DNA from: Macrostomum lignano
Lineage: Eukaryota
DNA length: 64,000 bases
Direction: 5' to 3'
Assembly (NCBI GenBank): GCA_002269645.1
Contig: NIVC01000376.1
Coordinates: 310,001-374,000, forward strand
Both the position numbers and the translations under genes were made by a program. The first letter of the stretch is position 1; every line of letters begins with the position of its first letter. This document shows positions 1 to 11,600 of this stretch, piece by piece. The notes beneath the pieces are model-generated. The model was not told the DNA's origin, searched no databases, and saw nothing but the letters and a program-made list of their open reading frames with translations.

Positions 1-991
1 CTAAGAAATAACACAATTACTCTTAGAAAGCCGTTTCTAGTACGCCATTATAGAAATTTGGCTGTGCCAATTCAAATTACTCTAATTATACATAGTAGCA
101 AACTATTTGCATAGAGATATTACTGCAGCATTTTCTGGCCCGAAATTCGTTCATTTTTGTTTTACTTTTTATACATAAGTAACCTATAAACTACTTATAG
201 TAGACAAAATATGCATTTTTAAGCTTCCGCGCGTTTGTTCAATTGATATACGATCGTACTAGGCAATCGCTACAGTATAATAAATTGCATTTTGCTGTTA
301 ATCAAAATTTTAATTATTTGTATTCTTGAACAATTACTTTTAAGCATTATTTCTGAGGAACAGCGCTTTTGGTAGGATTGAAATTCAAACAATCAACTTA
401 ATATTTCATTTAAAATAGACTATCGCCATTAAGCATATTGGTATTTTTGAATAAAAAATGATGGCACTATTTAAATTCTGTCGCAACACACAAGCATGAA
501 CTGGACATGTGGTTTATTTGAATTGGAAGAATGAATTTATGCATATTATTTGCATATGGTTCTATTATAGTTTTACGCACAATAAACTATTTATTTTAGA
601 AACTATAGTTATTGCATTTCCAGATGGTATTGCAAAAAAGTTACTCTAATAGACTATAGGCAAATACAGAGAATTAGTTGAAAATTAGAGTCTGTAAACC
701 TTTTACAACGAGATTAGATTGAAAGATTTAAACAAAATTTAAAATTTTTTTTTAAATTTTCGGCTAGTAAATTTAACGGCCTCTAGGTGTTGAATGACAA
801 AGATTTAAATATATTTTAATTTAGCTAACTGTACACGTTATTAATCAACTTCCTAGGAATTCTTTAATCTCTATCTTGAGGTTTTGTCTTCCAATTGCGT
901 ATCTACGAGCTTTAATAAACTAAACTTGAAATTATTTTAACAAACATTTGAATGTCTCAGAACTTTCTCATCTCGCACTCGATATCCACAG

Positions 992-1096
992 ACGATGACA
1001 CTTCGGATAGCAACGCTCGAGGCTACGAGAATCCCATCATGGAGAGCTCATCAGATTCGCAAGCCAACGCAAGTGGAAGTCGAGCAACGCAGAGAG
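992..1096 (+). CDS. Probable upstream TRPM exon (phase 1-1)
   Basis: Acceptor ccacag|AC, donor AGAG|gtgaac, 105 nt, open frame DDTSDSNARGYENPIMESSSDSQANASGSRATQR; phase compatible with exon 5676. Confidence 0.55.
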
Positions 1097-1221
1097 GTGA
1101 ACATTTTTATGAATTGCAACTGGCATTACCTACTTACATGTACCTAACTTCAACTGGATTAGGGTTGATAGAGTATTTTTTGCTAAACAGAAATGCAACT
1201 TGATAGACACGAGATGGTGCA

Positions 1222-1490
1222 TGTCACCTGTTAGACAGGAGATAGTGTCACCTGTTAGACAGGAGATAGTGTCACCTGTTAGACAGGAGATAGTGTCACC
1301 TGCTGTTAGACAAGAGATATAGTGTCGCCTGTTAGACAGCAGATAGTGTCACCTGTTAGACAGGAGATAGTGTCACCTGTTAGACAGGAGATAGTGTCAC
1401 CTGCTGTTAGACAAGAGATATAGTGTCGCCTGTTAGACAGCAGATAGTGTCACCTGTTAGACAGGAGATATAGTGTCACCTGGTAGATAG
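1222..1490. repeat. 24-bp minisatellite GTCACCTGTTAGACAGGAGATAGT
   Basis: Direct tandem copies. Confidence 0.9.
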
Positions 1491-2440
1491 GGGTGTCGCC
1501 CGTTAGATAGGAGTGTGACACCTTTTAGACTCGAGTGTCAAAAGTTAATCGGTGGTAATGCGCCTGGTTCGTACTAATAAAAAACGCATTTTATCCATTA
1601 ATTTTGTGTAGTTTAAAACTAGAAGAATGGAACGAGTGTTAAAGATAAATGCAAGTGCAGATACATACCGCCAGGAAATAATGAGTTTAAAAAGTTCTTT
1701 AACTTTTTGCTTCTTAACGTTCATCGCAAGACATCCTCGATGGATTAGTTACAAGGATAATTCGACCAGCACACTTGGGTAATATGCAGTTGGAATTATG
1801 AATACCATGGATATTGTTGTATTTGCCTGATTTCCCATGTTTACGTTCAGAAAGAGATTGTAAAAGTGCTTTTATACTTACTAGGCTTACTGTTTGCGCA
1901 AATACCATTTTTGTTACAAATATTTTGCTTCTTTTTTTGCTTTTCACGCACAGAAATTAAGTAAATTTATCTAAAAAGCATATTTAAGCAGAAAATGTCA
2001 GCATAAGTCGGAAAAAAGGGGTCCTGTGAGGTTGATGAAGAGATGTACGAGTATGGAGAGTCTGTATGGATGCTCGAATACAAATACAAGCATTGAATTG
2101 TACTTACTTTGATAAGAATAAATAATAGTTATCTCCCCGTGAACGATCTTCGCAAAGTGTTTGTGCCAGCTCAATGGATTTATAGGAAACTGCAAATTCT
2201 GTTTTGCTTGATCTTGCCATTCGCATGCGATCTTAAATTTAGTGAAAAAACGCGCTTAAGCAAGGTTAACGTGTTTAGCTCGGAATTCCATATTTATTCC
2301 GTTGTCATTTTGTCCATTCATTCCAACGTTGAAAGCAGCTTAAGTTGTCGCATCAATCGTTTGCCTCTTAACTGTGTTGTGCCAGACTTTCTTAAACCGT
2401 TAAATTGAAAAAGAGCCAATAAATTGTTGCCTAATTCAAG

Positions 2441-2572
2441 CTGGCCATCGGTGGCGCGGCGCCGCCAAGCGTCAGGGAGGAAAAACGAAACCGCGCTTTG
2501 CTGAGCTGACCTCGATGCTAAGCGAGGCGCGACCCTTGATTGGGATTGGCCCGAGCCCCGCTCAGGCCGAGG
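2441..2572 (+). CDS. Probable upstream TRPM exon (phase 1-1)
   Basis: GC-rich island in AT-rich intron; acceptor cctaattcaag|CT, donor GAGG|gtaaga; 132 nt open frame GHRWRGAAKRQGGKTKPRFAELTSMLSEARPLIGIGPSPAQAE. Confidence 0.5.
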
Positions 2573-2704
2573 GTAAGAAATTAAGAATCAGTCTCGTAGT
2601 TGGCGTAGCTGGCGGTGGGGTTGGTGTTTAGGCCACTTTGATTTCAGCCTTCTGACCCCTGCCAATGCCCCAGCTTAGAGAATTCTATACAACTCTCAAC
2701 TAAT

Positions 2705-3200
2705 TGGCGGAGTGGTTGAACTTTCAAGTTATTTTGATTAGGGGTTTTTAATTAGTCCTCCAAGGCAATTTGTGTGGGGTGAGAAAATTCCACACCAGTC
2801 CTATCCTTTTTAGCGGTGGGGTTTGAACGTTCAAGCTATTTTTATCAGGGGTTTTTAATTAGTCCTCCAAGACCATTTGTGTGGGGTGAGAAAATTCCAC
2901 ACCAGTCCTATCCTTTTTAGCGGTGGGGTTTGAACGTTCAAGCTATTTTTATCAGAGGGTTTTTAATTAGTCCTTCAAGGCCATTTGTGTGGGGTGAGAA
3001 AATTCCACACCAATCCTCTCCTTTTTCTATTTGGCGGAGGGGTTGAACGTTCAAGCTATTTTTGTTAGGGGTTTTTAATTTGTCCTCCAAGGCCATTTGC
3101 GTAGGGTTGTTTGGACGGCGGAGAGGGGTTGAACGTCCAGAATATTTTTATATAGGCCTGTAATTGTCCCACCATTGGTGGGAAAATTTTACACAGACTC
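2705..3200. repeat. About 119-bp tandem repeat, about 4 copies
   Basis: Recurring GGGGTTGAACGTTCAAGCTATTTT...GAGAAAATTCCACACC. Confidence 0.85.
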
Positions 3201-3902
3201 TCCTCAAGGACTACTCAAGGTCTACAATCTGCCATGATTGGCAAAGGGATGTTTGGGCGCTTAGGCTAAATTGATTGTGGACCTAATTGCAATTGGTTTG
3301 AACAACCCAATAGACTTTCCCAATTCTGCTTTGGTCGAGAGATTAGCTAAACAGCAGACAGTCGGAATCTACTAATTTATCTGCGACCTAAACTAATTTG
3401 CACGCATAAAATATAACGCAGAAATGGCACAAGAGTTTAGTAGTAGCGACAGGTTTCTCTGACTCTTTCTTGAATTGTTAATCAAGCGATCTAAACATGC
3501 ATTATGCGAATAGAACTCAGAGTCAGCTTTAGCATGCTCAGTAGTTAATCATTTTTGTCGAGAATGAGATTAATAGTTTTAGATTCATTAAAGCGTTATA
3601 TTCCTAAATTTTTATTCCCAGCAGATTAGTCACAATCATAATGATGCTTTTAATGCTTACTTGCTTGATTGTAGTTCAAACAAAGTGCATGCTGCATCTT
3701 AACAACTTTTTATCATGAAAGCTATTGATTTATTGATTTATAGTCTCTAGTTCTGTGCGAAATAATCTAATTAATGAAGCAAAATGCGCTGATTGCTACT
3801 TACAGTTGAGTAATTAGTTCAATTAAATCCCACAAAAACGTGACAATCCGAACACAATGCGCCACACATTAAATAAAGGCGGTGCCGGCCGGTCGCTGAC
3901 AG

Positions 3903-4157
3903 ACGATTCCATTGTCAGAATTCCCGCCGCCCCTCTGAGACGCCGCCGTTCCTCCCTGGAGTTCATGGAGATTCTCAACATTTCCCCGTCCATGTTCGAC
4001 GCCCAGATGCCCTCCATGCCGTCTGTCGCCTCCGCCGGGGATCTCAGCCTTGGCGGCGGCGGCGGCGGCGGCGGAGGCGGCGGTGGCAGGGGCGGCGGCA
4101 AGGCAGGCGGCAAGAATGGTATTCCAGCATTCAGCTCAAACTGGTTAATGGAAGAAG
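3903..4157 (+). CDS. Probable upstream TRPM exon (phase 1-1, poly-Gly)
   Basis: Donor GAAGAAG|gtatac in phase 1 joins exon 5676 in frame. Acceptor ambiguous (3879 or 3903, both phase 1). Lies in ORF 3857-4177. Confidence 0.55.
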
Positions 4158-5675
4158 GTATACTTTGTGTAGTCTGATCGGCCTTTCCTTAAACCATGAT
4201 GTTTGGCCCGGCGATCCTCTTTGATGGACTATATAATTTTGCGAATGCCTTGCATTCATCTCCTCTATTTATATTGACTTTTATAAATACGCTCGTAGTA
4301 TTACCTTCCCATTGCCTATCTATCACCTTAACGCGTGCATCTTTATTTACGCCAATTTATAAGTCACAATCAGATTGAATTACGTGTGCACTATTATTAT
4401 CAGTTTGAAAATTGAGTTTGTCGGTTCTGTTCAAGTTTTGAGTTTATTAAGTATTTATCTTGCACCGGTGAATGTATGAGGCATAATTGCTGGGGAAATC
4501 GGGGAATAAGTCTGGAATTTCAAAGTACGAGAAGACCAAACACCCAGCTAGTTCTTCGGCCCATCACGTATCATTCACACACCCCTTCGGTCATTCAACC
4601 TCCATTCAGCAACGATTCCCTTCACTTACCCTTCACCCACCTTTCACTCATCACTCACCCACCGTTCACCAACCCTTCCTAACGGGGGCGCTGATTGCTA
4701 GTAATGGAGCTTATCTTTCAGTCAAAGATAAAAAACGACTTCAAGTGTTTTTAAGTAATCTTTGCCAAGATCACAGATGTCAATAAAAGCAGCCCATTTT
4801 CCCGGGATCTCAAAGGCCAACCAAGAATCAAAAGCAACCCAGAGGGTTTTGCACAAAAAATTGTATCGTTTGGATTTTCCTTTAATTATGATTTTGTTTC
4901 AGTTTATATTTAAAATTTATTTAAACTGTATCCTCTTGGATTACATGTAAAATAATGCAGGAAAGAGCAAAATGTCCCAAAACGTAGCGTAAGATACTAC
5001 TAACCAAATTCAGTAGCTATCGACTCTATATATTTGTTAAACCGGACAAAATTTAATTTTATCACCTGCTCGTCAAGTCATGGCATATATTTTATTGCAT
5101 TCCTCTCGATTGCCTCTCGCCCCCATCCCGTGTGTAGCCGACCTGCAAAGACAGCTGGTTGAAGCGGAAGGTACAGCTATTATCGCCATTCTTGTGACGT
5201 CAAGTTTCTCGAACTAGTGCTCCTTACTGACTTAACTGTTATTTTGCACTTCTGTTTCGTATACTGCTTACTCACTGAACTAGCAAGACGTTGATTAGCA
5301 AAAAATCAGGAACCAATTTAAAATCCATCTGCTTCTAAACTGATCATGATGAAATATGCTCATTATTAATGCATATACGCTTGCACTCTGAGTAGTGAGT
5401 AGTGCTGTCGCTGTGGTCCTAAACTCTCGCTTGGAGCTTTGTGGTGTCCGACTGTCTTTGGCCTTAGTAAAGCGAATACTCTTATAGAAGCTCTTTCTAG
5501 ATAATGTAATTTTATTGGTGAACTTCAAACTGGCCATTTATAGCAGCAGCAGGGAGAGGCACATTGTTGCCTTTATGTTGTTCGTTTTCATATTGGTATG
5601 CGGTATCCATATAGCTATTTAAATATTTAATACGTTTTTCCTGCATCTGTATGGTCGGCGGCTCTAATCTTGCAG

Positions 5676-8600
5676 AGACGCGAGCGAAATCGCTTACGCT
5701 GGAGAGACCGGCCAGGGAGTTGCTAATCTGGTCACTGCTTGTCGGCAAGCTGCAGATGGCGGAGCTGTTCTGGACAATGGAGAAGGTGGGTTTGCCAAGC
5801 ATAAAGAAAGACTATTTTGTCAGTGTCAGTCCTCACTTTGAACCAGCGTCTGATGATGATGCCTGAGTACCAGTGGAGTACAGACGGAGTACAGAGTACT
5901 TGTGTACATGTAGGAGCATGCAAACAAATTCACAGTGCGTTAATAATCAATCCAAGAAAATATTAAAAGTTTACGCGCAAACGCGTACCCGTATAAAGAC
6001 AAAGGGCCTGTCAACTTAAGCTCATAAAGTGGAACCCGAGTAATCTACGCTCGTATTCATATGTACACAAATGATACGTCATTCTGCTCACAGTGACGAA
6101 AGTTGGACTTGGGATAAGTGAGAATAAGCAAGGGAATAATTGGGAATATATCAACTTGAGCTATGCTCATAAAGTGGAGTCCCTAATTATCCCCTCGCTT
6201 ATTCTCACTTATCCCAAGTCTAACTTTCGTCGCTTTTTTGCCAAACTCAGCTTCCTGGTGTCACTGTGAGCAGAATGATGTATCATTTGTGTACATAGAT
6301 TACTCGGGCTCCACTTTATGAGCTTGAGTTGACAGGCCCATTTTCCAATCGTCCACTCATACAGGAGCCAATCGCCGCAGCCCTGCTCTCCTCAATGATT
6401 CTCAAAGCCATGGGCGGTCGAACAGACGATTTCACCGACAAAGAAGACTTCCAACGCGGAGCTTCCCAGTTTGAGGACTACGCTTTAGGCGTCCTCGACC
6501 AGTGCTATCGGGAGGACGAGCGTCGGGCGCAGTTCCTCATCAATCGAGAGCTGGCATTCTACGGAGACAGCTCCTGCATCTACCTGGCCGCCGAAGGTGA
6601 GAGCATCAAATTCATGGCGCACCCGTGCTGCCAAGACTTCCTGACCAGCACCTGGATGGGTCGGCTGAGTCCGAAGAACGCCATGGCTCGATTCTCGTTC
6701 GGCATCCTATGCGGCATGTGCTGCCCCCTGCTCATACCTAAGGTGATGCTGTTCAAGCTCACTGAGGAGGAGGCTCAGAAGCAGCAGGCCATCACTCAGC
6801 AGCAGCAACAGCAGGAGGAGCAACAGCAGCAGCAGCAGCAGCAACTGCAACTGCAACAACAGCAGAGGCAGCAACAGCTGGTCAAGACGCCCAGTCCAGA
6901 AGGCGTAGTTGTGGACATGAACGAGGACGGCGAGGAAGCTCAGTATTATCCGGGCCAGGAAAAGTGAGTCTTATGGGCTGCTGGGCTTGTTAATTATTCA
7001 CTGATACTCATTGTTGGCAAAACATTTTAAAAAGTTAAATTTTCCAACTCGGTTTTAAAATTTATCGATTCGCTAACTTTTTAAAGTTAAGGGCGATTCT
7101 CGTGATGGATTAGTGCGATTCGCATGATGGATTAGGGTGATTCTCAGGATGGATTAGGGCGATTCTCAGGATGGATTAGAGCGATTCTCGTGATGGATTA
7201 GGGCGATTCTAGTGATGGTTTAAGGCGATTCTCAGGATGGATTAGGGCGATTCCCATGATGGATTAGGGCGATTCTAGTGATGGTTTAAGGCGATTCTCA
7301 GGATGGATTATAGCGATTCTAGTGATGGTTAAGGGCGATTCTCAGGATGGATTGGGGCGATTCTCAAAATGTATTGAGAATCGTGCTGTCACGAGATTAA
7401 TAATTTTGAGTGATGCCTCTATTTAAAATTTATATTTACATGAACTATAAACTATTTTAGGCCTATTTATTTATTTATTTATTTTTTTATTTATTTATTT
7501 ATTTTTACTTTTTTATTTATTTACGTGTTTGCAGCTCCCATGCTTAATACACGGGGATTATTTCTGCATGTTTTGTTTAGAAGTTTTTTCTTCTGATTAT
7601 GGAATTTTAAATGGTTTGTCGCCTTTAATAAATATAGTTTGTATTGATTTGCTTGCTATCAATATTTACATTTAATACGGGATGGGTGGTTGGAAGGACA
7701 CGAGAGGCGTATGTTGGTTGCTTGCCATCAAGATTATGAATCACAGTTTTTGCTGCTTTTATTTGTAAACAAAAATCATTGGCATTTCATTTCTCACCGA
7801 ATGCAAATCCTGCTTATAATATGTATATAGGCCGCCCAAGTTCATTACGAAAAATTCGTAAGTATCGGAGTTTGCAACAGCAGAGTACTATAGCTTACAG
7901 TTCCTACTAATATTCAAACTAAGGTTCACCATGCCTAATAGACTGAGTCGGAATAGACTGTGTCAGAATAAACTGTGTCAGAATAGACTGTGTCAGAATA
8001 TACTGTGTCAGAGTAGACTGTGTCAGAATAGACTGTGTCAGAATAGACTGTGTCAGAATAGACTGTGTCAGAATAGACTGTGTTAGAATAGACTGTGTCA
8101 GAATAGACTGTGTCAGAATAGACTGTGTCAGAATAGATTGTGTCAGAATAGACTGTGTCAGAATAGACTGTGTCAGAATACACTGTGTCAGAATAGACTG
8201 TGTCAGAATAGACTGTGTCAGAGTAGACTGTGGGAGAATAGACTGTGTCAGAATAGACTGTGTCAGAATAGACTGTGTCAGATTAGACTGTGTCAGAATA
8301 GACTGTGTCAGAATAGACTGTGTCAGAATAGACTGTGTCAGATTAGACAGTGTCAGAATAGACTGTGTCAGAATAGACTGTGTCAGAATAGACTGTGTCA
8401 GAATAGACTGTGTCAGAATAGACTGTGTCAGAATAGACTGTGTCAGAATAGACTGTGTCAGAATAGACTGTGTCAGAGTAGACTGTGTCAGAATAGACTG
8501 TGTCAGAATAGACTGTGTCAGAATAGACTGTGTCAGAATAGACTGTGTCAGAATAGACTGTGTCAGAATAGACTGTGTCAGAATAGACTGTGTCAGAATA

Positions 8601-11600
8601 GACTGTGTCAGAATAGACTGTGTCAGAGTAGACTGTGTCAGAATAGACTGTGTCAGAATAGACTGTGTCAGAATAGACTGTGTCAGAATAGACTGTGTCA
8701 GAATAGACTGTGTCAGAATAGACTGTGTCAGAATAGACTGTGTCAGAATAGACTGTGTCAGAATAGACTGTGTCAGAATAGACTGTGTCAGAATAGACTG
8801 TGTCAGAATAGACTGTGTCAGAATAGACTGTGTCAGAATAGACTGTGTCAGAATAGACTGTGTCAGAATAGACTGTGTCAGAGTAGACTGTGTCAGAATA
8901 GACTGTGTCAGAATAGACTGTGTCAGAATAGACTGTCAGAATAGACTGTGTCAGAGTAGACTGTGTCAGAATAGACTGTGTCAGAATAGATTGTGTCAGA
9001 ATAGATTGTGTCAGAATAGACTGTGTCAGAATAGACTGAGTCGGAATACACTGTGTCAGAATAGACTGTGTCAGAATAGATTGTGTCAGAATAGACTGTG
9101 TCAGAATAGACTGTGTCAGAGTAGACTGTGTCAGAATAGACTGTGTCAGAGTAGACTGTGTCAGAATAGACTGTGTCAGAATAGATTGTGTCAGAATAGA
9201 CTGTGTCAGAATAGACTGTGTCAGAGTAGACTGTGTCAGAATAGACTGTGTCAGAATAGACTGTGTCAGAATAGACTGTGTCAGAATAGACTGTGTCAGA
9301 ATAGACTGTGTCAGAATAGACTGTGTCAGAATAGACTGTGTCAGAATAGACTGTGTCAGAATAGACTGTGTCAGAATAGACTGTGTCAGAATAGACTGTG
9401 TCAGAATAGACTGTGTCAGAATAGACTGTGTCAGAATAGACTGTGTCAGAATAGACTGTGTCAGAATAGACTGTGTCAGAATAGACTGTGTCAGAGTAGA
9501 CTGTGTCAGAATAGACTGTGTCAGAATAGACTGTGTCAGAATAGACTGTGTCAGAATAGACTGTGTCAGAATAGACTGTGTCAGAATAGACTGTGTCAGA
9601 ATAGACTGTGTCAGAATAGACTGTGTCAGAATAGACTGTGTCAGAGTAGACTGTGTCAGAATAGACTGTGTCAGAATAGACTGTGTCAGAATAGACTGTC
9701 AGAATAGACTGTGTCAGAGTAGACTGTGTCAGAATAGACTGTGTCAGAATAGATTGTGTCAGAATAGATTGTGTCAGAATAGACTGTGTCAGAATAGACT
9801 GAGTCGGAATACACTGTGTCAGAATAGACTGTGTCAGAATAGATTGTGTCAGAATAGACTGTGTCAGAATAGACTGTGTCAGAGTAGACTGTGTCAGAAT
9901 AGACTGTGTCAGAGTAGACTGTGTCAGAATAGACTGTGTCAGAATAGATTGTGTCAGAATAGACTGTGTCAGAGTAGACTGTGTCAGAGTAGACTGTGTC
10001 AGAATAGACTGTGTCAGAATAGACTGTGTCAGAATAGACTGTGTCAGAATAGACTGTGTCAGAATAGACTGTGTCAGAATAGACTGTGTCAGAATAGATT
10101 GTGTCAGAATAGACTGTGTCAGAATAGACTGTGTCAGAGTAGACTGTGTCAGAATAGACTGTGTCAGAATAGACTGTGTCAGAATAGAGAAATAGAGAAC
10201 ACTAATCCCTCAGATAATAATAATATAGCAGTAATGACTTAGTCACCAAACCCTCACAGACACAAGAATATTTAATATTCCCAGCATGCATTCTACTCGT
10301 TCTACAAAACCAATTTCACCCAAGAAAACGTTGCACTTTAACCTTTGTTAATGTTTTAAATTTTTGTTTATTTTGACAAAAATGTGTTTTAGGATGCGTC
10401 ATAACAGACTATCATTGCATGCCTGCATCTTAAACAATATTTTGTTGCTCAAGTCGTCTGCCAATAGTATAACTTAAAAGCCCATAGTAAACTAACAGCG
10501 TTTAATGTTTATTTGTTTAAATGCATGCCTATTTTTTTTAAATGTTCGTAAACATTTAAACAAATATGCTGAGCAATCAAATTTCTCAGTCAGTCAGACA
10601 ACCAGCTGGGAGCGCAATTCGATGGCGCCAGCCTTCAGAGCTCGGAGGATGAGTGGGTTGCCAGAATCTAGCTAAGCTCGAAATAATATCGATTGCCGTG
10701 TCATCGGAACTAACTCTACCAACCTAACTGTTTATGCCTTAGAACTGTTTTCAAGTTCTCTTGATAACTCAAACAGACGCGAGAATGAATGAAAAGAACT
10801 TTTATCCATTAACTAGTAATAATTTGTTGATTCTTTAAAGCCGGAATGTGTACTTTTGTTAGAGAATAATTAATAGGCTTTTTTTCTCTTCATAAGAATC
10901 ATAAGAATTTAAGCTTTGAGAATTTCGAAATGGGAGTTTTCGGAATCTCTGACACTTTCTCATTCTCATCTTTGGGGTGAGATTGTGGAATCTCATTCTC
11001 ATCATTGGGTGCGATTGTGAAATCTCTCACAGTTTCCATTCTAATCATTGTGGTACCGGGTTCGATTCCTGCAAAGAGCGAGCGGCTTTGCCTTCGGTTG
11101 CTTCAATTCGTATAGTTTCTATTTTTAGCCCACAGGGGCAGCAAGTGCGTCAGCTGGCCCGCGGCTGCAGCAACTCACGCTGAAATGCATAGAAAGTCAC
11201 GTTGAGTCTGTTGCGAGCTGTTGTGAGCCACAGCCTGACTAATATTGACCCTTCCAGCCCCTCCATTATTAGACTCTGTCGATACAAATAGGGGTCCAAT
11301 AGCCCTCCTCCTCTGGCAGCCCGTGTGGCCTAATGGATAAGGCGTCTGCCTCCTAAGTAGAAGATTGCGGGTTCGAGTCCCGTCACGGGTAGCGTTTGAA
11401 TAATTTTTTGTCAGCTGACTGAGCCATTCCAGTTCTGTGTCGGTCTGTTGGATGATGCGGGTCTTAGAATCATTACCAAATTTAGTTGAAGGTGTTTTTA
11501 TTGTCAAGAAAAGTTTGCAAAAAAATGTTAGAGAGCGACATATTAACAACTTTGAGTAGAAAGTTTTCTTAGAAATGAGTAGTGCCAGCGGCCCAGGCTC

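Noticed and set aside
3823-4113. Minus-strand poly-Pro ORF
   Set aside because: Antisense shadow of the poly-Gly TRPM exon.
5150-5170. Possible microexon ending GAAG|gtacag
   Set aside because: Length and phase are incompatible with the flanking phase-1 exons.
7935-10242. Long Cys-rich ORFs (CQNRL)n and (YSDTV)n
   Set aside because: Translations of a 15-bp intronic satellite with no signal peptide or unique domain.
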